From contig OY968769.1 in the NCBI GenBank assembly GCA_963695345.1, positions 672,001-736,000 on the forward strand: a stretch of DNA of 64,000 nucleotides. The letters run 5' to 3'. This DNA is from an uncultured Methanomassiliicoccales archaeon. GTDB taxonomy: Archaea; Thermoplasmatota; Thermoplasmata; Methanomassiliicoccales; UBA472. The notes beneath the pieces were generated by a model. That model was not told the origin of the DNA and searched no databases. It saw only the letters and a program-made list of their open reading frames with translations. The position numbers and the translations under genes are program-made. Below are positions 19,235-28,885 of the stretch, one piece after another (positions within the stretch are counted from its first letter, which is position 1; every line of letters starts with the position of its first letter).

Positions 19235-19846
19235 TTACTTCAGGTTGACGAAGTCCGTGCTGTAGTAGGACGGGGTCACGAAGTTGATCGTGGTCGGGGA
19301 ACCGTAGGCCGGGACGATCTTGATCGTTGCGGACTGCGTGAATCCGAGAGCCAGGTTGCCGTCTGAGTCACAGATGGATATCGTGATCAGGTCACCCTGC
19401 TGGACGACGTAGTTGTTGGTGCCCCAGGTAGCTCCGCCGACGGTCTTAGCTAGGGTCTGGTTGGCGGTGTACTTGGCTGCAGTGGGGGCTCCGGTGGCCT
19501 GCATCTGCATCATGTTGTTGGTGGTGCCGCTGATGAACTGGACGGTTACCTTGTCCATGTTAACTGCGGGGGATCCAGCCTGAAGCCTTATCTGTACGGT
19601 CAGGTTCTTGATCGCGGATCTATCGGCGAGGACCTGTCCGGTCACGTCCTGAACGACGAATCCGGAAGCGACGTTGTTGATCGCCTGGTCACCAGTGTTC
19701 TGGGCCTGTTCTCTCACCTTGTTTGCAGTGCTAATCAATACGGACGCAGCAACCGCCGCGACGAGCACCATTGCGATGAAGATGATCATCGTGCCGACGC
19801 CCATCTCTGCGCGCTTGTCCTTCTTCCAAGACGTTCTCATTTTCAT
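19235..19846 (-). CDS. flaB: Archaellin copy 4
   Basis: Differs from copies 1/2 by one residue (DFVNLK vs DYVNLK). Confidence 0.96.
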   Translation of the reverse strand: MKMRTSWKKDKRAEMGVGTMIIFIAMVLVAAVAASVLISTANKVREQAQNTGDQAINNVASGFVVQDVTGQVLADRSAIKNLTVQIRLQAGSPAVNMDKVTVQFISGTTNNMMQMQATGAPTAAKYTANQTLAKTVGGATWGTNNYVVQQGDLITISICDSDGNLALGFTQSATIKIVPAYGSPTTINFVTPSYYSTDFVNLK

Positions 19847-20007
19847 GTTACTATCTCCTATGGTTATACAAGCGTCCCGGAATCCGGGCTGACATAGCTT
19901 GTCACCTTGACGGTGAGATACTAACAGTACCTCAGCCAATCAGGCGGTTGAAAAGAAAACCCATTGGAAGTTAATAAACCCCGAATAGCTGGGAATCACT
20001 TTCGATA
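19847..20007 (-). promoter_or_regulatory. flaB4 upstream module: palindrome, TATA and structured leader
   Basis: TATCGaaagTGATT (19994-20007), TTTATTAA (19971-19978), ACCGCCTGATTG, ACAAGC..ATGTCAG-CCCGG-ATT-CCGGG-AC-GCTTGT. Confidence 0.75.
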
Positions 20008-20146
20008 ACGAAATTAATAGACTCAATGGCGAACTGGCATCCGTGTTCTTCATCGCCGAACGCCATGCTAGCACCGAACAGGGGAATGCTTGGAAAACGC
20101 CGGAAAGACCAATAAAAAAATTGGCTGGGTGATGATATTGACATCA

Positions 20147-20683
20147 TCACTTGTAACCGAACTTGCTGCGGAACAGGTTCAGTGAATAGGTGATCTCTTC
20201 CAGCGCCACCTCTCTCCCGGCCCATCCCTCGACGGTCGTGCCCTTGCCCTCTTCCAGACGCTTGTAGCTCTTGAAGAACTCGAATATCTCGTCCAGCATG
20301 TGCTTGGGCATGTCCTTGAGCTCGTAGTAGTCCTGGTTACGGGGATCGCCGGTGGCGACACAGAGGATCTTGTCGTCGCGGCCTTTCTCATCGCTCATCC
20401 TAAGGACCCCGATGGGTCGGGCCTCCACGACACACCCCGGGAACGTAGGCTCGGAGAGGATAACCAAGGCATCGATCGGGTCCCCGTCATCATAGTAGGT
20501 ACGGGGGATGAGTCCGTAGGCATGGGGGTAGACGACCGATGAATGCAGCACCCGGTCAAGCAGGATGCAGTCATATTCCTTTGATACCTCATACTTGTTC
20601 TTGCTGTCCCTGGGGGTCTCAATGATGACATTGACTATCTCTGGCGGATTGCGACCGGAGGGAACTTTCTTCCATAACGACAT
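20147..20683 (-). CDS. ppa: Inorganic pyrophosphatase (family I)
   Basis: KNKYE, YGLIPRT, DGDPID, DDKI, YKRLE. Confidence 0.96.
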   Translation of the reverse strand: MSLWKKVPSGRNPPEIVNVIIETPRDSKNKYEVSKEYDCILLDRVLHSSVVYPHAYGLIPRTYYDDGDPIDALVILSEPTFPGCVVEARPIGVLRMSDEKGRDDKILCVATGDPRNQDYYELKDMPKHMLDEIFEFFKSYKRLEEGKGTTVEGWAGREVALEEITYSLNLFRSKFGYK

Positions 20684-20858
20684 TTTGCACGCCCTATTGC
20701 TTCGGCGATAGGAGCTAGCTACTTATTGCTTTTGTCAGAACAATTACAGAAGTCAGAATTTTGGGCGAACCTATTGAAGATGGATGCCGTCCCAAGCTCG
20801 CCGTCCCGATTGTAAACATAAATATGCATACCCCGATATTGGAGGGCGGGATGCGCTG

Positions 20859-22176
20859 ATGGCAGTAGAAGATCCAGAATTGATAAAGCAGGTCTTGCTT
20901 CAGTTGTTCGTTCTCATTTCTTTCGCCATGGCGGCTGCCGTCATCTGCAAATTGATCAAGATACCGGTGGTAATCGGGGAAATCCTGGTAGGCATCATCA
21001 TCGGCAACCTTTACTTGGTGGGCGAGTCTGAATTGTTCTCGTTTCTCGGAAACACGGATTTGTTCAGTGCGCTCAAGCTCGGAACAGATGCCCAGGTCTT
21101 CGAGGTCTTCAAGCAATCTAGGAGTAATCTTTCTCCTTTTCGCCGTCGGACTGGTAACGCCGTTCAGCGAATTGCGAAAGGTAGGCAAGACAGCGTTCAT
21201 TGTGGCCTCGCTGGGAGTTGTCGTCCCCTTCGTTGGTGGATTTCTGTTCATGGCCGCCCTTAATTACGCCCTCATCCCATCCCTCTTCGTTGCAGCGGCA
21301 ATGGTCGCCACCAGCGTAGGCATCACCGCCAGGGTGATAAGCGATATGGGGTTGAGCGATGCCATCGAATCTCGGGTGATAATTGGTGCGGCGGTGATAG
21401 ATGATGTTCTCGGCATGCTTGTTCTTGCTGTCGTAATCGGAATCGCAGGCGGCTCTGGAACGGATATTGCCCAGACCGCGATAGTTGCCATCGAGGGTGT
21501 CATCTTCGTCATCGCGGTCATAATAATTGGCGGTATGGTCATTCCGAGGGTTCGCAAGGTGGCCAAAGAAAGGAAGACCGACCTAGAGCACCCGGTTAAG
21601 TGCGCGACCCCCCTAATCAGCCCTCTGCCATTTGCCCTTGTCGTGTGCTTCGGATTGTCTTTCATTGCAGGGACATTCGGACTCGCTGCCATAATCGGAT
21701 CGTTCCTGGCAGGAATGGCCTTCGCAGAGTTCCATGACCGCTGGCCTTGCAGGGAGAAGTTCGAACCGATCAATGAATTCCTGGTACCGTTCTTCTTCAT
21801 CTTCGTGGGGATACAGGTACAGCTCTCATCCTTCGTTGAAGTATTCTTCATTGGGTTGGCTTTGACCTTCATCGCCATTCTGACCAAGGTTATAGGATGT
21901 GGAATGGGGGCGAGGAGCATGGGCAGCAAATCGGCACTGATTGTGGGTGTTGGAATGTCCCCGAGAGGCGAAGTGGGGTTGATCGTGGCGACAATCGGCT
22001 TGGGCCTAGGTCAGGTATCGAATGCCATCTATTCCGTGGTTGTGTTCATGTCATTGGCAACGACCATCGCCGCCCCTCCGATGCTTACATACGCATTCAA
22101 GGCGAAGTTCAAAAAGAAAGTGAACAAGATAGAACGCGACGATGCGGATGGGCAGCTGAAGTTCCGAGATCGTTGA
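20859..22176 (+). CDS. CPA2 cation/proton antiporter (NapA-like), apparent frameshift near 21111
   Basis: PVVIGEILVGIIIG in frame 1; LGVIFLLFAVGL, ATSVGIT, AAVIDDV, PRGEVGL in frame 2. Confidence 0.88.
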
Positions 22177-22240
22177 GGGGAGAGCCCTGTCTTCTATGAG
22201 AATGCATAGGAACGAAAATGATCCTAGGGCAGGACCCGCA

Positions 22241-22408
22241 TCAGTTAGGGAAGAATACGTTAAGGAGTGATACGACGATGATGGTCACTATGATCATTCC
22301 AACCACGACGTAGGGGCCCATTTTCAATGCCTTGGAGTCTTCGCTATCGAAGTACCTTATTAGACCGGCTGCGGATTGGAACCCCGACCCTTTCTTGTCC
22401 TTAGGCAT
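22241..22408 (-). CDS. secG: Preprotein translocase subunit SecG/Sec61beta (55 aa; absent from the ORF track)
   Basis: Manual translation MPKDKKGSGFQSAAGLIRYFDSEDSKALKMGPYVVVGMIIVTIIVVSLLNVFFPN: AGLIRYF motif plus one TM. Confidence 0.92.
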   Translation of the reverse strand: MPKDKKGSGFQSAAGLIRYFDSEDSKALKMGPYVVVGMIIVTIIVVSLLNVFFPN

Positions 22409-22571
22409 GCTGATACCGATGCTCTAACCAGAAACCGCATATAAAAACGTTGAGGTATTGAAATCTGGATGACAGTTTTTGTGATCGGCTGAGGGATGGA
22501 GAAAAGGTCACATCATAAACTTACTGGGAACAGGGTTTATTAACGCTCGTGCGATTGCCCCGACGATAAAC

Positions 22572-24114
22572 ATGCAGTGGGCAGACGTCATCGCCAAGTC
22601 ATTGCTCGAGAAGGGTCGAAAGCATTTGCTGTCGACCGGGATCAGCCCTTCTGGTCACATTCACGTGGGTAGCCTGAGGGAGGCCATCACCGCCAACGCG
22701 GTAAGGAAGGCCTTGGTGGACCAAGGGGCCGATGTCAAGCTGATCTATCTGGTCGATGACTACGATCCCCTCCGGAAGAGATATCCATTCCTTCCTGAAT
22801 GCTATGACAAGGAGGTAGGGAGGCCGCTCTGCCAGATCCCGTGTCCCGGCGACAAGTGCCACGACAGCTATGGCGCCCATTTCATCCAGCCGTTCCTTGA
22901 CGCCATCGCCGAGATGGGCATCCACCCGGAAGTTCACTGGACCCACAAGGTGTACGAGGAGGGCAAGTTCGCCGAGCTCACCGACCTGGTGATCCGGGAG
23001 AAGGACAAGGTCGCGACGATACTCCGGGAGGTCACCGGCAGGGACGTCCCCGCCAATTTCTGGCCGGTTTCGCCCCAATGCGGATCGTGCGGTCATTTCA
23101 CGGACCGTGTGACATCCTACGAGTACCCCTTCGTCCACTACAAGTGTCACTGCGGACACGAGGGCAAGGCCGACCTGAGGACGGGCGAGGCGAAGCTCCC
23201 GTGGAGGCTGGAATGGGCGGCCAAGTGGAAGATATTCGGCGTCACCTGCGAGCCTTTCGGGAAGGACCATGCCGCCGCCGGAGGCTCGTATGAGAGCGGG
23301 GTCCGGTTCTGCAAGGAGCTCTTCGACATCGATCCGCCCTATCCGATCCCCTACGAGTTCATCCAGTTCAAGGGCAAGGGACAGATGCACAAGTCCACCG
23401 GACACGTGGTCACCGGCACAGACGCCCTGAAGATCACTCCCGCCCCGGTCCTGAACTTCAGCGTCCTCCGCTACAACCCCGACCGGCACATCGACTACGA
23501 TCCAGGACTGGGCATACTGGACGTGGTGGACGAGTATGACCACATCGAATCGCTCTACTTCAAAGGGGGGGCCGATGATAAGGAGAAGGACCTGCTCCGC
23601 GCCTATGAGATCGCCCAGCCCAAGTCCGTCCGCACCAACCTGCCGATGCAGGTGCCGTACCGCCATCTGGTGCACGTCGTTCAGACGGCGGAGACGTTCG
23701 AGGGCATAATGAAGATCATAGACAGGACCGAGGGGCTCATGCCGCCGACGCCGGAGGACATAGAGGTGCTAAAGGAGCGCTGCGAATGCGTCCGCTATTG
23801 GCTTGATAACTTTGCCCCGGATGAGGTCAAGTTCGCGGTGGCCAAGGATGATGCCGGCGGTGGAACTGACCGGCCCGGAGAAGACCTATTTCTCTTTGCT
23901 GCACACGGCCCTCAACGGTGCCAACTGGGACCCGGACGCGATACACAATGCCGTGTACGATAACGCCAAGGAGGCCGGCATTCTGCCGAAGGCAGCCTTC
24001 CAGGCGCTCTACAAGATCTTCGTGTCCCGCACCTCCGGACCGCGCCTGGGATACTTCCTGTCCACCCTGGACAAGTCCTTCGTGATGAAGAGGCTCTCAG
24101 AGGCCAGCGCCTAG
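22572..24114 (+). CDS. lysS: Lysine--tRNA ligase class I, apparent frameshift near 23846
   Basis: WAD, GISPSGHIHVG, KLPWRLEW, EPFGKDH; C-terminal SGPRLGYFL in the next frame. Confidence 0.94.
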
Positions 24115-24491
24115 GCCGACCTCCTCCTCATCGTGAACAGCAGTGCAAAGACGGCGAACCATACCAGCAGCACCACGAACAGTATTATGACGTAGCCGGG
24201 GAAGAAGGTGTTGACTATAAGCAGCGCCCCGATCATCGCCATCAGGTTGCCCCAGAACAGGAAGTAGTTCGAGTCCGATTTTGTCCAAGGCGCTCCCTGA
24301 GAGGGCTTCCCGAGACTGAAACCGAGTATGAGGACATACACTCCCAACTCCAGGAGGATCACCGGCACCAGGAGCCACCAGTTATTCAGCGCCAGGGATA
24401 CCATGATGGCCACCGCCACGGAGAGGAGCACGGCCGCTGTGGTGATCCCGGAGCTGTTGAACCTGCGATTACCGTTGGTCATAGGAACCAT
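24111..24491 (-). CDS. Small 4-TM membrane protein
   Basis: Four hydrophobic segments; coding-like composition. Confidence 0.7.
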   Translation of the reverse strand: MVPMTNGNRRFNSSGITTAAVLLSVAVAIMVSLALNNWWLLVPVILLELGVYVLILGFSLGKPSQGAPWTKSDSNYFLFWGNLMAMIGALLIVNTFFPGYVIILFVVLLVWFAVFALLFTMRRRSA

Positions 24492-24528
24492 ATAGCCATT
24501 GAACTGCCGAGATATTAAGCTGACCGGT

Positions 24529-25650
24529 CTACTTCTTCAGCAGGCCGAGCTCGTTGAGCTTGTCAGGCATGTACTTGTCGGTCACGAAGTCGAGACCGTA
24601 CTTCGCCAACGCCTGCTGTTCCGCCTTCTTGTTCAGCTTGAGCATCGTCTCGATCTCGTCCTTCCAGTAGCGGTCGGCGAACCGGGGGTCGTTGAGCTCG
24701 GCGTTCAGCGCCCGGACGTCCATGTCGGTGAGCTTGTCGGTGGGCAGATTGTAGTGCATTATGTCCGAGGCGGTGATGCCGATGAACTGGGCCGACGGCG
24801 TTGCCAGATACTCGCTGATGTGGGCGGTCTTGATGGCGCCGTAGGCGACGGAGGCGAATATCCTGAACGACCAGGGGTCGCCATCGGTGAACACGATGAC
24901 CGGGAGGTTCATCTCCTCGTTCAGCCGCTTGATGAAACGCCGGGTGCTCCTGGCGGGCTGCCCTTTCAGGTGCACCAGCACCGAGTTGTAGTCTTCGGCG
25001 AAGCCATTCTCCACCAGACGGTCGAACATACCGCCGGTCTCGATGGCGCAGATGAAGTCGGCGCCGGTCTCGATGATCTTGACCTTTTCCTTCTCCACGT
25101 TGTATGGGATGCCATAGCCGGAATCCCCGACGTCGTCCAGGCAGTTGATGCGCTTGGTCCGGCCCTTCCGGTCGAACTCCTCGATGGTGATGTTGCCGAT
25201 GACGCTGGCGCCGTTCTCCTCCGGCCTGAGCTTGAAATCCTCGCGCATGCACTTGGTGACGATCTCCAGGTCCTCCGCGAGCATGTTCGACTCATCCTGG
25301 CTGTGGAACTTGGCCTTTCCCCAGCCTTCGGAGATGTAGTACATCTCCCTGAGGGTGGAGGATTTGTTCTTGTCGATCATGTCCTCGATGAGCTCGAGCG
25401 TGTACATGGTGCGCAGGAGCATCATTGCGCCGTTGGTCTTCTTGGCCGTCCTGGCCCCCGTGGCCGGGCCGTACTTGAAGACGCCATGCTTGGGGTCGAA
25501 CCGGATGTTGCTCTTGGTACGCAGTGGCAGGACCATCTTCGGGATCTTTCCATGGTCGATCTGGTCATAGATCGAGTTCGCCACGGAGAAGAGCGCCCCC
25601 ACCGCCTTGTTGTCGACCTTCTTCTCCGGCTGCTCCTCTTTCTCAGTCAT
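24529..25650 (-). CDS. top6A: DNA topoisomerase VI subunit A
   Basis: TLREMYY catalytic Tyr region, [25 protein letters not shown]. Confidence 0.96.
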   Translation of the reverse strand: MTEKEEQPEKKVDNKAVGALFSVANSIYDQIDHGKIPKMVLPLRTKSNIRFDPKHGVFKYGPATGARTAKKTNGAMMLLRTMYTLELIEDMIDKNKSSTLREMYYISEGWGKAKFHSQDESNMLAEDLEIVTKCMREDFKLRPEENGASVIGNITIEEFDRKGRTKRINCLDDVGDSGYGIPYNVEKEKVKIIETGADFICAIETGGMFDRLVENGFAEDYNSVLVHLKGQPARSTRRFIKRLNEEMNLPVIVFTDGDPWSFRIFASVAYGAIKTAHISEYLATPSAQFIGITASDIMHYNLPTDKLTDMDVRALNAELNDPRFADRYWKDEIETMLKLNKKAEQQALAKYGLDFVTDKYMPDKLNELGLLKK

Positions 25651-27668
25651 CGCTCAGCGCCTCCGATTTCTCGTCATAGTCGACCTCGTCCTCGTCCTCG
25701 GCGTCCGGTTTCTCCGGTTCGACCGGGGCGACCTCGGTGATGTTGAGGCCCTTTACATCCCAGTCGCCCGGCAGCGGTTCGGCCCCGATCACCGAGACCG
25801 GGTTGATGCCGCTGGAATAAATCTCGTTCTCCTCGTAAGCCTCCTGGTCCAGGCCGTTCAGGTAGAACGATATGTCCACTTTGCCCGTGGATGGGATGGT
25901 CTTCAGTTCCCAGGTCGTCTTACCGTCTTCCCTGGCCTCCTTGGGGAATATGGCCAGCCCCTGGTAGTCGAACGCGTTCTTGGGCAGGACCATGTGGATG
26001 TTGAGCTTCTGACCGTGCGGGGTGTAGTTGTAGATGGTCACCCGGACCTTGTGGCGGCCCTTGTCGAACGTGACGTCGTCATCGATCCATACCACGTTCA
26101 TGATCTTGGTGATGGTGCCCGAAAGCGATGGCACTGGCTTGTCGATTATCTTGGCGCTCTTCTGCGCTATCAGCGGGAGGATGACCTGAACGATGTCGAA
26201 CTTCTCCTTGGTCCGGGTCTTGGTCTCCTTCTTGTTCAGATGCGTCTTGAGCGTACGTCCGCAGGTCCTCAGGGCAATCTCGATCTCGTTCTGGATCGCC
26301 GGGATGCTGGCGATCGCCTCCTTCGCCTCGGAGGTGAACGGTACCTTGGTGGAGGCGACGTGCACGATGATGATGGCCGGTCCGAACGGTATCCCGTTGC
26401 CGCCCCGCTGCTCCAGCCCGTATCGTCTCCAGTCGACCGCCTCGACGGCCTTGGTGATGCAGCACGCCCCCTGCTGGTACATCAGGGGCACCCGGTTGGC
26501 GAAGCGGAGCAGCTGCACCGGCTGGTCCGATGGTATGCCTCCGCCGTAGACGATGCCGACCTCGACAAGGAAGGGATTGCCGGCGTTGACCTTGGGGTCG
26601 CGGGTCACGGGCGGACAGTAGAACTCCGGCCGCACCTCAGCCAGGACGTTCTTCAGGCCTTTCCGGATCAGGTTCTCCCCGATCGGCGACAGGCAATCGG
26701 TGGGCGGACCCATGATCTTCACCGTGCCGATGGCGGACAGGAGCCGCTTATAGTCATCAAGCTTTAGGCCGCTCTTGTTCTTCTCCGGGTCCCAGCTGCG
26801 GATGTTGGTCCGGTCCTCGTCCATCCCGGCCTTCACCGAGATGTCCTTAGCCAGGCGGTCGCTGATGCGGCAGAAGTCGGTCTGCAGGAACTTGGAGAGG
26901 GTCTTGGCCTTGGTCTCGTTGGCCATGTTCATCAGGGTGCCGAGCTCGATGCCTTCCGGATGAGGTTTGATCTCCTTCACCGCCGGGGGCTAGCAGGTCG
27001 GTGGCCCTTTCGAAGGTTATCCTCCTTCCCTCCGGGTCTACGAAAGATATCTTGGCATGGGGATTGACGATGGCGGTCTGTTTCAGGTACTCCATCACCG
27101 ACTGCTTCCCGGTCATGTACCGGCCGTTCATGAAGAACTCGATCCGGGTCCCGTGCTCCTTCCCGTCCCAGATGACCGGATTCTCCTTGAAGACATCGGG
27201 CATGTTCTTCTTGGTGTTGACCATGATGTCCAGTTCCCAGGCGGTTTCCTCATGGGCCACCTTGGACCGCACCGTGGCCGGCTTGCCGGTGGTAATCTGG
27301 CCGAACATGACCGTGGCCGATATCCCGATACCCTGCTGGCCGCGGGACTGGCGCACGGCGTGGAACCTTGACCCGTAGAGGAGGCGCCCGAAAACGTTGG
27401 GGATGGCCTTCTTGATGATGCCGGGACCGTTGTCCTCCACGGTCACCTTGTATTCGTTGGTCTCCACCTTCTCTATGCGCACATAGATCTCGGGCAGGAT
27501 CATCGCCTCCTCGCAGGCGTCGAGAGAGTTGTCCACCGCCTCCTTCACGCCCATAATGAGCGACTTGACCTGAGAGTCGAACCCCAGGATCTGCCGGTTG
27601 CGTTCGAAGAACTCGGAGACGGATATCTCCTTCTGTTTCTTTGCCAGCTCATCAGCTATGGAGTTCAC
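25643..27668 (-). CDS. top6B: DNA topoisomerase VI subunit B, apparent frameshift near 26990
   Basis: [27 protein letters not shown] motifs; [17 protein letters not shown] in the second frame. Confidence 0.95.
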
Positions 27669-27775
27669 GGCATCACCTTCTCGAGATATGACTGAACGAA
27701 TGCATCCCAGGGGGCAGTATCCGCGGGCAAATACTTAAAAAAATGGAGAAAGGGGAAGGGGTTTGACCGAAGCGC

Positions 27776-28735
27776 TTACTTCTTCGGCAGTGCCTTGCCG
27801 CAGTTCCAGCACTTGACATCGGACTCGAGGACCTTGGCCTTGCAGAACGGACATTCCCGCTCCACCGACTCCTCGAACTTCTCCCCGCAGCGGGGGCACT
27901 CGTGGGCGTCGATGGGAACGTCCGAGCCGCACTCGGAGCAGATGAACTTATCGACCACTTTCTGTCCGTCATCGCCCTTCTTTTCCTGCTTGCGGGCCTT
28001 GTCGAACTCCGCCATCTTGGCCTTCGATCGGTCCATCCACCAGGTCAGGACCAGTAGCAGGTAGAACAGCAGACCGATCTGGAACAGGCCGATGAATATT
28101 ATGCCATAGTACAGGTACGAGGATAGCACCGCGTCCATGCTCATGGCGATCGGACCCAGGCCGGCCTCGGTCAGGACGTATCCGCCCGGGATAAGCCCTT
28201 GGAACTGGAACTGGTATATGCCTTCCGTCAGATTATTGAGGGTCTTGGAGAAGATGGCGTTCGAACCGTCCATCCCCGCATAGGTCATGGAATAGTTCAG
28301 GGTGGACGTGGAGGCGCCATTGGTCGCCAGGAGATAGACCACGCTGGCTTCGCTGCCGTTCACCACTTCGACGGTGAAGTTGTAGGTATCGCCGGGCAAC
28401 CCCTTCACCGGGGCCACTTGGCCGGCGATGAGGTCGTTATGCTCGGAGTGGATGACCTGTCCGTTGAAACCTTGGATGTAATAGTATATGTTGAGGCCGA
28501 ACACCACGCCCAACAGCAGGATAAGGAGCGTCCCGAATACAGCCAGTTTCTTCCTGTTCTTCAGCCCGAAGTAGAATGGTATCCCGTAGGCCACCAGGGC
28601 GATGAGCATGGGAACGAAACATATAGAAATGGCATACAAAGTCAACGCCAGGGTGAGCAGGACAGTCAACGCGAGGCCGATGGGCACCGCGTACTTCTGC
28701 TTCCTGAATTTGTTGAAGCTATCCATAAATGACAT
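27776..28735 (-). CDS. Membrane protein with extracellular beta-domain and C-terminal double zinc ribbons
   Basis: N-terminal TMs, C-terminal TM, four CxxC pairs (CSEC, CPRC, CPFC, CWNC). Confidence 0.8.
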   Translation of the reverse strand: MSFMDSFNKFRKQKYAVPIGLALTVLLTLALTLYAISICFVPMLIALVAYGIPFYFGLKNRKKLAVFGTLLILLLGVVFGLNIYYYIQGFNGQVIHSEHNDLIAGQVAPVKGLPGDTYNFTVEVVNGSEASVVYLLATNGASTSTLNYSMTYAGMDGSNAIFSKTLNNLTEGIYQFQFQGLIPGGYVLTEAGLGPIAMSMDAVLSSYLYYGIIFIGLFQIGLLFYLLLVLTWWMDRSKAKMAEFDKARKQEKKGDDGQKVVDKFICSECGSDVPIDAHECPRCGEKFEESVERECPFCKAKVLESDVKCWNCGKALPKK

Positions 28736-28885
28736 TGACGCGCAATCGGGTGTTCAACCTTTAAATCTTTTGAGAACAGGTAAGGGGGTTTCACTACATT
28801 TCCACTGTTCCCTCGATAGTTCCTGAAATCGATGGGGCAATGCTCGTTGCCGCATGGTGTCTGAGTTCGTTCTTTAGTGAGCGAT

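Noticed and set aside
15525-19846. DGR-like template/variable repeats among flaB copies
   Set aside because: No reverse transcriptase in the window, and the differences are not adenine-specific.
16137-19950. flaB leader as hammerhead, twister or c-di-GMP riboswitch
   Set aside because: It lacks the CUGANGA+GAAA core and GEMM consensus by eye; a formal Rfam search is still needed.
23840-23860. Programmed frameshifting in lysS, top6B or rrp42
   Set aside because: No slippery heptamer or common signal; the window-wide indel rate explains them.
25643-26100. Top6B C-terminal beta-domain and acidic tail
   Set aside because: C-terminal extensions are already known in euryarchaeal Top6B.
24499-26767. 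Long antisense ORFs (also 22599-23675, 32903-34306, 35523-37145 and those over the giant gene)
   Set aside because: Shadow ORFs expected from high-GC codon bias opposite well-supported genes.
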